NCBI GenBank assembly: GCA_951406725.2
Contig: OX597830.1
Span: forward strand, 79,856,001-79,920,000
Source: Octopus vulgaris
Taxonomy: Eukaryota
Direction: 5' to 3'
DNA: 64,000 nucleotides
The notes under the pieces are model-generated. The model saw only the letters and a program-made list of their open reading frames with translations, had not been told where the DNA came from and searched no databases. Both the position numbers and the translations under genes were made by a program. Below are positions 1-12,782 of this stretch, piece after piece. Within the stretch, counting starts at the first letter, position 1. The number at the start of each line of letters is the position of its first letter.

Positions 1-3000
1 TGCAAAAAATAATTTTTAAATATAGTAAGGCCTCCATATACGAGTTAATTTGTACTCGGAAACCGCTCCTAAAACAAAAACTCGTAAAGCAGAGCAATAA
101 TTTTCCATAGTAGCAATGTTATAAACCGTAATTCGTTCCCAGAAAAATATTTTCTCTATAAAATATATAATACTCGTCAATAAATGGCAATAAGCACCAA
201 GTTTTGTCAGTGAACAAACAGGTCGTGGTTTTCAAGACGAAGAAAATATTTTGACACAAATGAAAATTAAATTAACGGTTTTTGTGTGTTCTTGGATGGC
301 TTACAAATATCTTCCATGCTGCAATTGTTTTTTTTGTTTTAGCACACGATCTCAGATCAAGTCACTTGCTATGCAAATACATCTCCGTAAATGTAAAGAA
401 TATTTTATGTAAAGTGAAAAGAATGTCAAGATCATTTCTAATAAAAAAAATATTATTATAATCGTTTTCTGAATCACTTTTACTCGCACTTGACTCGCGC
501 ACACCATCACTTGTAGACTCTCAGATATCAGCGGAGTCGACAACGAAGAAACGAGCCAGAGACTCGCTTTAATGAATCATTCATAATTTTACGAAGGACC
601 GTGGAATATGTTCGCAAAACTATTCGCCAGCAAGAATATATATATTGGCTTCAAATTTTGGCACAAGGCCAGTTACATCGACTACAGTGTTCAACTCGTG
701 TTTATTTTATCGACCCCGAAAGGATGAAAGGCAAAGCCGACCACGACGGTCTTTGAACTCAGAACGCAAAGTCTGAAGAAACGTCGCTAAGCATTTTCCC
801 CGGCGCCATAACGATTTTACCTACTTGCCGCCTTTAAATATATAAATTTTGGTTTCAGATTTTTCGCACAAGGCCAGCATTTCGATGGAGTAGTTAAGTC
901 TATTACACTGACTCCAGTACTCAACTGGTACTTATTTTAGCGACCCCGAAGGGATGAAAAGCAAAGTCATCCTCGGTGGAATTTGAACTCGGAACATAAA
1001 GACAGACGAAATACTGTTAATCATTTTGTCTGGCGTATATTTAAATGCGGGCGAGCTAACAAAATCGTTTGCACGCCGGACGAAATACTTAGCGGCATTT
1101 CGTTCGTTTTTACGTTCTGAGTTCAAATTTCGCCAAGGTCGACTTTGCCTTTTATTCCTTTCAGGGTCGATAAAATAGGTACCAGTCATGTACTGAGGTC
1201 GATGTATTCGACTTATTCACTCATCATAAATAATTGGCCTTGTGCTAAATTTTGAAACGAATATTAGGAATATATTATTATTATTATCAAGCGTGTTATT
1301 TTCCCTCATAATTCTTAATTTCTCTTTTTTTTTTTTTTTTTCTAAATTTTCCCGACTTGATTGGTGTAAAGAAATTTAATTTTGTCTCCACTAACCAAAC
1401 ACATCTAAAGAAAGTTGAAGAATTGTTAGAACGAAGCCAAAAATTAATATTGCGAATCTCTTATGAGCAGGAACAGGTTGACAAGAGTTGTTTCCCTTTA
1501 ATTGCTTTTCCTACAAAATTAAGCACAGAATAATTTTTAAATATAGTAAGGCCTCGATATACGAGTTAATTTGTACTTGGAAACCGCTCCTAAAACAAAA
1601 GCTCGTAAAGCAGAGCAATAATTTTCCATAGTAGCAATGTTATAAACCGTAATTCGTTCCCAGAAAAATATTTTCTCTATAAAATATATAATACTCGTCA
1701 ATAAATGGCAATAAGCCCCAAGTTTCGTCAGTGAACAAACAGGTCGTGGTTTTCAAGACGAAGAAAATATTTTGACACTAATGAAAATTAAATTAACGGT
1801 TTTTGTGTGTTCTTGGATGGCTTACAAATATCTTCCAAGCTGCAATTGTTTTTTTTGTTTTAGCACACGATCTCAGATCAAGTCACTTGCTATGCAAATA
1901 CATCTCCGTAAATGTAAAGAATATTTTATGTAAAGTGAAAAGAATGTCAAGATCATTTGTAATAAAAGAAATATTATTATAATCGTTTTCTGAATCACTT
2001 TTACTCGCACTTGACTCGCGCACACCATCACTTGTAGACTCTCAGATATCAGCGGAGTCGACAACGAAGAAACGAGCCAGAGACTCGCTTTAATGAATCA
2101 TTCATAATTTTACGAAGGACCGTGGAATATGTTCGCAAAACTATTCGCCAGCAAGAATATATATATTGGCTTCAAATTTTGGCACAAGGCCAGTTACATC
2201 GACTACAGTGTTCAACTCGTGTTTATTTTATCGACCCCGAAAGGATGAAAAGCAAAGCCGATCCCGACGGTCTTTGAACTCAGAACGCAAAGTCTGAAGA
2301 AACGTCGCTAAGCATTTTCCCCGGCGCCATAACGATTTTACCTACTTGCCGCCTTTAAATATATAAATTTTGGTTTCAGATTTTTCGCACAAGGCCAGCA
2401 TTTCGATGGAGTAGTTAAGTCTATTACACTGACTCCAGTACTCAACTGGTACTTATTTTAGCGACCCCGAAGGGATGAAAAGCAAAGTCATCCTCGGTGG
2501 AATCTGAACTTGGAACATAAAGACAGACGAAATACTGTTAATCATTTTATCCGGCGTATATTTAAAAGCGGGCGAGCTAACAAAATCGTTAGCACGCCGG
2601 ACGAAATGCTTAGCGGCATTTCGTTCGTTTTTACGTTCTGAGTTCAAATTTCGCCATGGTCGACTTTTCCTTTTATTCCTTTCAGGGTCGATAAAATAAG
2701 TACCAGTCATGTACTGAGGTCGATGTATTCGACTTAATCACTCATCATAAATTACTGGCCTTGTGCTAAAATTTGAAACGAATATTAAGAATATATTATT
2801 ATTATTATTATTATTAAGCGTTATTTTCCCTCATAATTCTTAATCTCTCTTTTCTTTTTTTTTTTTCTAAATTTTCCCGACTTGATTGACGTAAAGAAAT
2901 TTAATTTTGTCTCCACTAACCAAACACATCTAAAGAAAGTTGGAGAATTGTTAGAACGAAGCCAAAAATTAATATTGCGAATCTCTTAAGAGCAGGAACA

Positions 3001-5089
3001 GGTTGACAAGAGTTGTTTCCCTTTAATTGCTTTTTCTACAAAATTAAGCAAAGAATAATTTTTAAATATAGTAAGGCCTCCATATACGAGTTAATTTGTA
3101 CTCGGAAACCGCTCCTAAAACAAAAACTCGTAAAGCAGAGCAATAATTTTCCATAGTAGCAATGTTATAAACCGTAATTCGTTCCCAGAAAAATATTTTC
3201 TCTATAAAATATATAATACTCGTCAATAAATGGCAATAAGCACCAAGTTTTGTCAGTGAACAAACAGGTCGTGGTTTTCAAGACGAAGAAAATACTTTGA
3301 CACTAAAGAAAATTAAATTAACGGTTTTTGTGTGTTCTTGGATGGCTTACAAATATCTTCCAAGCTGCAATTGTTTTTTTTGTTTTAGCACACGATCTCA
3401 GATCAAGTCACTTGCTATGCAAATACATCTCCGTAAATGTAAAGAATATTTTATGTAAAGTGAAAAGAATGTCAAGATCATTTGTAATAAAAGAAATATT
3501 ATTATAATCGTTTTCTGAATCACTTTTACTCGCACTTGACTCGCGCACACCATCACTTGTAGACTCTCAGATATCAGCGGAGTCGACAACGAAGAAACGA
3601 GCCAGAGACTCGCTTTAATGAATCATTCATAATTTTACGAAGGACCGTGGAATATGTTCGCAAAACTATTCGCCAGCAAGAATATATATATTGGCTTCAA
3701 ATTTTGGCACAAGGCCAGTTACATCGACTACAGTGTTCAACTCGTGTTTATTTTATCGACCCCGAAAGGATGAAAAGCAAAGCCGATCCCGACGGTCTTT
3801 GAACTCAGAACGCAAAGTCTGAAGAAACGTCGCTAAGCATTTTCCCCGGCGCCATAACGATTTTACCTACTTGCCGCCTTTAAATATATAAATTTTGGTT
3901 TCAGATTTTTCGCACAAGGCCAGCATTTCGATGGAGTAGTTAAGTCTATTACACTGACTCCAGTACTCAACTGGTACTTATTTTAGCGACCCCGAAGGGA
4001 TGAAAAGCAAAGTCATCCTCGGTGGAATTTGAACTCGGAACATAAAGACAGACGAAATACTGTTAATCATTTTGTCTGGCGTATATTTAAAAGCGGGCGA
4101 GCTAACAAAATCGTTAGCACGCCGGACGAAATACTTAGCAACATTTCGTTCGTTTTTACGTTCTGAGTTCAAATTTCGCCAAGGTCGACTTTGCCTTTTA
4201 TTCCTTTCAGGGTCGATAAAATAGGTACCAGTCATGTACTGAGGTCGATGTATTCGACTTATTCACTCATCATAAATAATTGGCCTTGTGCTAAAATTTG
4301 AAACGAATATTAGGAATATATTATTATTATTATTATTAAGCGTGTTATTTTCCCTCATAATTCTTAATTTCTCTTTTCTTTCTTTTTTTTCTAAATTTTC
4401 CCGACTTGATTGGTGTAAAGAAATTTAATTTTGTCTCCACTAACCAAACACATCTAAAGAAAGTTGAAGAATTGTTAGAACGAAGCCAAAAATTAATATT
4501 GCGAATCTCTTAAGAGCAGGAACAGGTTGACAAGAGTTGTTTCCCTTTAATTACTTTTCCTACAAAATTATACAAAGAATAATTTTTAAATATAGTAAGG
4601 CCTCGATATACGAGTTAATTTGTACTCGGAAACCGCTCCTAAAACAAAAACTCGTAAAGCAGAGCAATAATTTTCCATAGTAGCAATGTTATAAACCGTA
4701 ATTCGTTCCCAGAAAAATATTTTATCTATAAAATATATAATACTCGTCAATAAATGGCAATAAGCACCAAGTTTTGTCAGTGAACAAACAGGTCGTGGTT
4801 TTCAAGACGAAGAAAATACTTTTGACACAAATGAAAATTAAATTAACGGTTTTTGTGTGTTCTTGGATGGCTTACAAATATCTTCCAAGCTGCAATTGTT
4901 TTTTTTGTTTTAGCACACGATCTCAGATCAAGTCACTTGCTATGCAAATACATCTCCGTAAATGTAAAGAATATTTTATGTAAAGTGAAAAGAATGTCGA
5001 GATCATTTCTAATAAAAGAAATATTATTATAATCGTTTTCTGAATCACTTTTACTCGCACTAGACTCGCGCACACCATCACTTGTAGAC
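1..5089 (+). repeat. Tandem array of a ~1.52 kb unit (3 full copies plus a partial copy; may continue left of the window)
   Basis: Near-identical blocks recur at ~1521-1525 bp spacing; for example 'tatagtaaggcctc' occurs at 21, ~1542, ~3068 and ~4591. The spurious ORFs recur at 352/1873/3398 and 932/2453/3978. Each unit is a Tigger-like 3' end, several SINE fragments and short unique spacers. Confidence 0.97.
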
Positions 5090-5285
5090 CCGATCGCTGA
5101 TTCACAAGCACTCGTAGACGGACTTGTAGATTTCTGTTTAAAAACCAAATATAGAGTTGTTTGCTTAGAAGAAGCCTTTTTTCACTCTCTATAAATTTCT
5201 CTGTAACCTGCAGAAGAATTTGTTATGGTAATACGAACTTTTGCACTTCATTCAAAATTTGGATCTTGTATATCCTGAATTTAAA
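4591..5285 (-). mobile_element. Tigger/pogo-like DNA transposon 3' remnant
   Basis: The minus strand reads DPNFE*SAKVRITITNSSAGYREIYRE*KKASSKQTTL..STSPSTS, resembling the TIGD1/Tigger transposase C-terminus. It ends in a TIR-like 'ta-tagtaaggcctcgatatacgagttaat'. The terminal ~500 bp is repeated in every array unit. Confidence 0.65.
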
Positions 5286-5621
5286 CCTTTCTGAAATATG
5301 AATAAATAAGTATTAAATAAGTAATCTGAATGCTAGAGGGTTAAAGATGTTCACCATTTATCCAATCAATGGAGTAATAGATACATTTACCCTGTTTGTA
5401 GGGGTACTATATAAGTTTACTATAAACGGCTATCAAAACGAAGCGCTGATACTGAGCTTTCCCATGAAACTACTCATATCATGTCATACTGTAGTGGAAT
5501 ACGTCTTGAATAAACAAAAATATAATTCTTTTTTAGGAAGGGTGGGTCTCAAAGCAGATAAAGCTATAAATAATAGCCTCTAAATATTGGTTTAAAATCC
5601 TTGTGGATAGAAAATATTGAC

Positions 5622-5693
5622 GGTGGCTCATGGGACTCAAACCTTCATCTCCTGTTATCATGACAGATGTTCTGCCATTGTACCAAAGCAATC
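5622..5693 (-). pseudogene. Decayed tRNA-like sequence (pseudo-tRNA or SINE head)
   Basis: The reverse complement has A-box-like TGGTACAATGG and B-box-like GGTTTGAGTCC at tRNA spacing. The acceptor and T stems are mismatched. Confidence 0.4.
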
Positions 5694-5756
5694 TTTTTAA
5701 TTATTCAAACCGTTTTAAAACTTCATTGTTTCTAGCATGAATGTAATATGTAACTA

Positions 5757-6323
5757 TTGGGTTGTCCGGAAAGTTCATGCCGATTTTTAAAAGAAAGAAA
5801 AAGGTCAATAAATACTTGCCATTACAATTTTAATCAACCAAATATGAAACATTTTGTTGCACAATGCGTCTCCATCTTTCCTTTAACTTGAAAGTACCCT
5901 CTTCCCAGAACTGAGGTAGTTTCATAGCAAAGAATTCATTAAGGTATCTTTTTTACGTCATCCAAGGAATTGAAATTTTTACCATTAAGACTATACTGCA
6001 GAGACCTGAATAAGTGGAAATCCAAAGGAGCAATATCTGGTGAATATGGAGGGTGGGGTAACACATCCCAGCCGAGCTGCAGCAATTTTTGTTTGGTTCC
6101 CAAAGCATCAAGTGCCGAAAATGAACTTTTTTATCTTCCATTTTAAAGGGTTACAGAATTAACACAGGTTATAGGAACATAAACCTTCTTCCACGAAAAG
6201 ATAGCTTAAACTGTGCTCTAAATGGAGGTGTAGTCAAATCCTATTTTATGGACTCAACCATGTTCTAAAATAAGTCGAAAGGTAAGCTACTACAAATCGG
6301 CACAAACTTTCCAGACAACCCAA
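5757..6323 (-). mobile_element. Internally deleted mariner element
   Basis: TA-flanked TIRs (ttgggttgtccggaaagttcatgccgattt ... aaatcggcacaaactttccagacaacccaa). The minus strand gives the transposase N-terminus MEDKKVHFRHLMLWE and C-terminus HPPYSPDIAPLDFHLFRSLQ (mariner YSPDLAP motif). Confidence 0.92.
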
Positions 6324-6460
6324 TATAATATTCTCTGTATGCACCATATTCCCTTTAATATTTCTTATTCATAATAATATGTGTTTATCTTAAATGGAAT
6401 GCAAAACAGTTCTCACCATTGTTCATAACATTTTTTTCTTTTCGTCTCTTTTTCTCAAAG

Positions 6461-6573
6461 GAATGCAAGACTGCCCTTACTATGTCCGAGCAGAGCTGCT
6501 TGGGGACAAACTCGCACGTAACCTTCCAGATTTCAAAATTCACAAGATTGTGAAAACAACTGCAGAATGGCCG
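6461..6573 (+). CDS. MDH1B: MDH1B-like, coding exon 2 (first identifiable exon)
   Basis: Polypyrimidine tract plus AG at 6459-6460, and GT at 6574. Encodes (G)[37 protein letters not shown], matching the MDH1B N-terminus ([30 protein letters not shown]). Joins in phase 0 to 10239. Confidence 0.92.
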
Positions 6574-6599
6574 GTTAGTTATATTTCTTTTTATAAATA

Positions 6600-7500
6600 T
6601 CATCATCATCGTTTAAACGTCTGCTTTCCATGCTAGCATGGGTTGGATGATTTTGACTGAGGGCTGGCGAACCAGATGGCTGCACCTGGCTCCAATCTTT
6701 GTCTGGCAGAGTTTCTACAGTTCGATGCCCTTCCTAACGCCAACCACTCCGAGAGTGTAGTGGGTGCTTCCTTTTGTTATATAGATGTATGTATGCATAT
6801 GTGTGTGGGGGGACATAAAGATAACTATATATATATATTTATTACCCACAGGGGTCTAAACATAGAGGGGACCGACATGACCAATTATGTTGATTACATC
6901 GACCCCAGTACATAATTGGTATTTATTCAGTCGACCCCCCCAAAAGGATGAAAGGCAAAGTCGATCTCGGTGGAATTTGAACTCAGAACATAAAGACAGA
7001 CAAAATACCGCTATGCATTTTGTCTGGCGTGCTAATGATTCTGCCAGCTCACCTTACAATATGTGTGTGTGTGTATGTGTGTGTGTGTAGTGGAGGTGCA
7101 TGGCTTAGTGGTTAGGGTGTTGGAGTTCTGATCATGAGTTCATGGCTTTCATTCATGGATCGGACAATGCATTGTATTCTTTGAGACAAATCACTTTATT
7201 TCACGTTGCCCCAGTCCACTCAGCTGGCAAAAGTGAGTAATCCAGTGAGGAATATATCATCATCATCATATTCATCATCGTTTAACGTCTGTTTTCCATG
7301 CTGGCATGGGTTGGATGGTTTGACTAATGTCTGGAAAGCCAGTGGCTGCACCAGGCTCCAGTCTGATCTGGCAGTGTTTCTACAGCTGATGCCCTTCCTA
7401 ACATCAACAACTTTGTGAGTGAGTGGATATTTTTTACATGTTGCCGGCACAGGAACCAGTCAGGAAGCACTGGCATTGACCACTTTTGAATGGTGCACAC
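6600..7500. mobile_element. Cluster of SINE fragments in intron 2
   Basis: (CAT)n-tailed 'catcgtttaacgtc' family at ~6600 and ~7260. The 'aaaggatgaaaggcaaagtcga' family lies at ~6850-7055. A tRNA-like head with A/B boxes starts at ~7090. All recur elsewhere in the window. Confidence 0.8.
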
Positions 7501-7607
7501 CAGACAAACTGGAAAACTGGTTTTGTGCTCCTTACTGAGTTATGTGGACTAACCATATATATATATATATATGTATATATAAATACACACACACAAACAC
7601 ACACATA

Positions 7608-7678
<71 letters not shown>

Positions 7679-7680
<2 letters not shown>

Positions 7681-8225
7681 TTATATTAAATTAGAGATAA
7701 AACCACTATTAGGCAAATCAAACAGTGAAAAACATAAGCCAATACATAAAATTAATTTAAAATATAAAAGTTAAAAATAAAAAATTATTTGAATAATTTA
7801 AACTTATAAATTTTATATATATATATATAAATATATATATATATGTATGTATGTATATTTTTATATTTATATATTATTTTATTGATTAATTAATTTATTT
7901 ATTTATTTATTTTTATTTTTATTTATTTATTTATTTTTATATTTTTTTTAAATATATCAAAAGTATTAAAAGTTTAAAAAATAAATAAATAAATTAATTA
8001 ATAAATTAATTAATTAATCAATTAATAAAATAATATATAAATATAAAAATATACATACATACATATATATATATTTTTATATATATATATAAAATTTATA
8101 AGTTTAAATTATTTAAATAATTTTTTATTTTTAACTTTTATATTTCAAATTAATTTTATGTATTGGCTTATGTTTTTCACTGTTTGATTTGCCTAATAGT
8201 GGTTTTATCTCTAATTTAATATAAT
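7679..8225. repeat. ~550 bp AT-rich inverted repeat (fold-back)
   Basis: 'attagagataaaaccactattaggcaaatcaaacagtgaaaaacataagccaatac' (~7690-7745) is mirrored by 'gtattggcttatgtttttcactgtttgatttgcctaatagtggttttatctctaat' (~8160-8216). The arms continue inward to a centre near 7950. Confidence 0.9.
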
Positions 8226-8314
8226 ATAATATAATATAATATATTTATACTATAAAATTGGATTTAATCCTAAATCTCCTTTTTCCCTGTAAGTTTGGAT
8301 TTATTCCCTAATAT

Positions 8315-8350
<36 letters not shown>

Positions 8351-9040
8351 TCATCATCATTTGTGAATGCCTATGGCTCTGTGGTTAGAGCGTCGAGCTT
8401 ACGATTGGGAGGTTGTGAGTTTGAATCCCGGACTGGGCTGTGCGTTGTGTTCTTGAGCAAGACACTTTATTTCATGTTGCTCCAGTTCACTCAACTGTAG
8501 AAATGAGTTGCGTCATCACAGGTGCCGAGCTGTATCGGCCTTTGCCTTTCCCTTGGATAACACTGGTGGCGTGGAGAGGGGAGGCCGGTATGCATGGGCC
8601 ACTGCCGGTCTTCAGTAAACAACCTTGCGCAGACTTGTGCCTCAGAAGGTAACTTTCTAAGTGCAATCCCATGGTCAGTCATGAACGAAGGGGGTCTCAG
8701 CATATTATCATCATCATTATTTAACATACATTATCCATGCTGGTATGGGCTGGATGGTTTAACCCATGCTAGTAAGATGGAAGGCTACACCAGACTCCAG
8801 TCTGCTTTGGTATGGTTTCTATGGCTTAATGCCCTTCCTAATGCCAACAACTCCGAGAGTGTAATGGGTGCTTTATTCGTTCTACTGACACTGGTGCAGT
8901 TTGTGTGACACCAGTGTCTACCACGCCTGTGGTTTTACTTGGCTTGGTGGGTCTTCTTCCCAAGCTTGGCATAATGACAAAAGCCCAACACCCAAAGCAC
9001 AGCATAATGCCAAATGGTCTCAGTCCTTGCCTCTGTATGA

Positions 9041-9094
<54 letters not shown>

Positions 9095-9445
9095 ATGTCT
9101 TTGAGTCTATGTTTGCCCCCACCATCACCTGACAGCCAGTGTTGGTGTCTATGTCCCCATATCTTAGCAGTTCAGCAAAAGGAGACCAATGAAATAAGTA
9201 CCTGGCTTCAAATGAAAATAATAAAGACTGGGGTCGATTCAGTCAACTAAAATTCTTCAAAGCGGTGCCCCAGCATGGCCGCAGTCTGATGACCGAAACA
9301 AGTAAAAGATTCAAAAGGAAAAAGATATATATATGACAGTTGCTGCGTCTCTACACTCGATGATGGTGTGCAGCTCAGTGCAATCTTAGGTGCACTGTTT
9401 CCTTTAAGCTGTGCACTTGCTCGTGTGCATGCATATTTTACACCT

Positions 9446-10047
9446 ATAGGCACAGGAGTGGTTGTGTGGTAAGAAGCTTGCTTCCCAGCCATGTTGTTCT
9501 AGGTTCAATCTCACTGTGTGGCACCTTGGGCAAATGTCTTCTACTACAACCTCAGGTCAACCAAAGCCTTGTGAGTGGATCAGGTAAATGGAAACTGAAA
9601 AGAAGCCTGTCGTATATACATATACTCTTTTACTCTTTTACTTCTTTCAGTCATTTGACTGTGGCCATGCTGGAGCACTGCCTTTAGTCGAACAAATTGA
9701 CCCCAGGACTTATTCTTTGTAAGCCTAGTACTTATTCTATCAATCTCTTTTGCCGAACCGCTAGGTTACAGGGACATAAACACACTAGCATCAGTTGTCA
9801 AGCAATGTTGGGGAGACAAACACAGACACACAAAAATATATATACACACACACACATACACACACACATATATACATATATGCGACGGGCTTCTTTCAGT
9901 TTCTGTCTACCAAATCCACTCACAAGGCTTTGGTCGGCCCAAGGCTATAGTAGAAGACGCTTGCCCAAGTGCCACACAGTGGGACTGAACCCGGAACCAT
10001 GAGGTTGGTAAGCAAGCTACTTACCACACAGCCACTCCTGTGCCTAT
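9446..10047. mobile_element. Tail-to-tail pair of tRNA-derived SINEs between direct repeats
   Basis: A + SINE head at 9446 and a full - SINE ending at ~10047. 'tgtgcatgcatatttta' is repeated on both sides (~9424 and ~10050). The whole block is absent from the inverted copy (~21050-21070). Confidence 0.8.
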
Positions 10048-10238
10048 TATGTGCATGCATATTTTATACGTATTGCTCAAAAGATAATAATTGTGTGTAC
10101 ACAAACATTTTTCCTAGAGGAAATTGAATTTCTGCAATAGTTAATGGCTATGATATAATAGTTAATACCTATGCTTTATCAATGTTTCAATTCAATTTTA
10201 TGTTGGTTTTAATTTTTGTTTAACTTTGTGTGATTCAG

Positions 10239-11337
10239 GAATGGCTTTGTGAAATATGTGAGGCAAATGGTTGGAAGCATGAACAATCACCAATAATTTG
10301 GAGAGAATTGGTTGATCGAGGTGGGAAAGGTGTTTTAATTGGTGGATCGAATGAATTTGAAGAATATGCATACGGCTACTATGGCGTTACTATTGATTTG
10401 GACGGCAAAAGTATGAAAGTCATTGCTTATGAAAATCAAAGCACTAAAATCGAACTTGATGAAGAAGAAAGAGAAAGGATAAGAAACGAAAAATTCATTA
10501 AAGTGTGCATAACAAATGCTAGTAGCCCAGTTTGTTTCAGTTTGGTCGACAGTTTACTCTCAGGGAAAATATTTGGTGAAGAGAAAATTTCATTGTGTCT
10601 TCTGGACTGCGATCCAGCACAGACAGCTGAATTGCAATACATCGCTGAAAATATACAAAACATGGCTTATGGACTTCTGTATTTGAATGTCTTTGTTACA
10701 TCTGACTGTGAAAAAGCTTTTAAAGGAAGTAGAATTATTATCTTTTTGGATGAGGTAGAAAGGAAAGAAGAGGAAAAAGTACATCGGTGGACGGAAAGAA
10801 ACGCTGTTCTTTTTGGGTTTTATGGGACAACTCTGTTGAAAGTTGCCAAAAGTGACACGTTGCTATTAGTTGCAGGAAATAATTACATGTGTTTAAATAT
10901 GAGCATATTAAATGAGATTGTTTCTCACATTTCATCCAGAAATATTATTGGTGTTTCAAAAGTAATTGAAAACCAGGCCAAATCTGTTTTAGCTGAAAAA
11001 CTGCCAGCAAGCAGCTGCTCCATTGATAACGTTGTTATATTGGGAAGTATCAGCAATGATTATTTGATAGAATTGGACAAGACTTTAGTTAGAGAGTTTG
11101 ATTGTGCAGTTGTTGGTCCAGCTACATTCTCTCAGCCATTAAATGATATTTTTCATCAACAAAGCTGGCTCAAGAAGGAGTATGTAAATGAAGTCAGTTC
11201 AAGAAAACACGTCAATGAAATGAATTTACGGCACCCTACCTACCATCTCATTGGTCATGCCATAACAACAACATTAAATTACTGGTGGAATGGTTTATCA
11301 TCAAATGCCATATTCTCTGCGACTCTTATATCCGATG
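10239..11337 (+). CDS. MDH1B: MDH1B-like, large coding exon 3 (1099 bp)
   Basis: AG at 10237-10238 and GTAAGC at 11338. The motif SPIIWRELVDRGGKGVLIGG is diagnostic of MDH1B. It is followed by an LDH/MDH-fold region (KVCITNASSPVC, NVVILGSIS). Confidence 0.96.
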
Positions 11338-11479
11338 GTAAGCAAAATTCTTCCGTATTTAATCTTAATTCATTTCGGTTGCAGTCAGCGTTAAATTCTT
11401 TAGAAGCGAAAGTTCCAGTTTAGTTCTTTAGAGAGCATTTTTCTTGAACAGCTAGTCATGAAATTTATGACGACAACGA

Positions 11480-11540
11480 AATCATCATCATCATCATTAT
11501 CACCATCACCACCATCGCCGCCGCAACTACCACTATCACC

Positions 11541-11571
<31 letters not shown>

Positions 11572-11680
11572 CCACCATCATCACCATCATCATCATCATC
11601 ACCATCACCATCATCATCACCATCATCATCATCATCATCATCACCATCACCATCATCACTATCACCATCATCATCATCAT
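11480..11680. repeat. (CAT/CAC)n microsatellite following a tRNA-like head on - (11685-11757)
   Basis: Direct reading. A longer mirror copy lies at 19272-19637. Confidence 0.9.
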
Positions 11681-12374
11681 CCAGTCACTGCCTGGAATCA
11701 AACCCGGAATCTCGGGGTTAGTAGCCTGCACTCTTAACCACTATGCCATATGCCCGTGAGCAACTATGGAGTAAATTTTAGGGCTTATAACTCTAATATT
11801 CTCCTATCCTTCTTTAATACCGGTTCCCATATGCTGTTCATATCTGCACTCGATCTGCTTAGGAGCTTCTTGTGTCCTAGCATTTGTGCTGCTTCTTTTG
11901 GTTTCCATATTTTCCAGTACACTTAATTGAAAATGAGTACCAAAAATACCATCTTTGCTACATTCACCCACCTTTTTACGAAACTTTCACGAGACAAAAC
12001 CTGCCTCTCCATTCTCATCTTCCTTTTCAAGTGGTACCTGAAAAAGTTGATGAGTGATACTCTAGACCTCATAACCTGACTCTAGACTTCATAACCTGCA
12101 TTTAAAAGCTCATATCATTATTTGGTTACCACATGATATCCTACACGGGGTATATTCTAGGGCTGAATGCACATGTGGAATTCTGCTCTACATTAGATTG
12201 ACACAAGGATAATATAACATGGGGTTGGAGGATAATAAGCTTTAACTGTAGATCACAACATTTATTTCTTCCTCGCATGAAAGCTTTAAGTTGCTTTGTT
12301 TATATTCCAACCACTGACATAGCATTCTTGATGAAAACAAAGCTGTTTAGAAATACTTTCTTTTCTATTACCAG

Positions 12375-12505
12375 GTTGGTATGGTGTTCCAGAAGGCATC
12401 GCTTTTTCATTCCCAGTAGCATTTTATCTACCATTAGCATATTCTGTCATTGAAAATCTGAGTATATCTGAAAAATGCAGAGAAGATATGGATTTAATAA
12501 TCGAA
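12375..12505 (+). CDS. MDH1B: MDH1B-like, coding exon 4
   Basis: CAG acceptor at 12372-12374 and GTAAGT donor at 12506. Encodes (G)WYGVPEGIAFSFPVAFY...DLIIE, the MDH C-terminal 'YGVPEGxxFSFPV' motif. Phases are compatible with both neighbours. Too short for the ORF track. Confidence 0.93.
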
Positions 12506-12561
12506 GTAAGTATCTTGGATTTTTTCTTCTCTATTTTGGTTTTTAATCTCTAAACATTTAA

Positions 12562-12782
12562 ATCCTTTTGTTACCAACCCGGCTGAAACCGGCTCTGGCT
12601 CTGACGACAAATGTCTTGTTTTCATAAGTTTTAAATTAAAATCTTCCACCAAACCTTAGTCACAATTTATGTTCCTAACACTAGCTTAATGATAACTAAG
12701 TTATTTTACTCAATTCTTTGTTATATTTAAAGTAATTGAAAGAAACAAAAATCATCTTAAAATAAATGCAGTAACAAAAGGG
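12562..12782. mobile_element. TTAA-flanked MITE (piggyBac-like ends)
   Basis: The ends 'ttaa-atccttttgttac' and 'gtaacaaaagggttaa' are inverted and resemble the ends of the element at 56477-57564. Confidence 0.65.

Noticed and set aside
352-1189. Repeated 63-aa and 85-aa ORFs as a tandem gene family
   Set aside because: They overlap Tigger and SINE remnants, and are conserved only because the DNA is recently duplicated.
6394-6460. In-frame ATG at 6394 as the MDH1B start
   Set aside because: It would translate the polypyrimidine tract, and MDH1B similarity begins exactly at the AG acceptor (6461).
11338-11423. ORF 10230-11423 as a complete single-exon gene
   Set aside because: It starts at GTG in the intron and runs past a good donor at 11338. 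The MDH C-terminal motif is in the next exon.
11458-11731. Poly-Ser and poly-Met ORFs (also 19222-19660; poly-F/E/L at 35981-36361; poly-L/Y at 46331-46608)
   Set aside because: They are trinucleotide microsatellites with no domain content.
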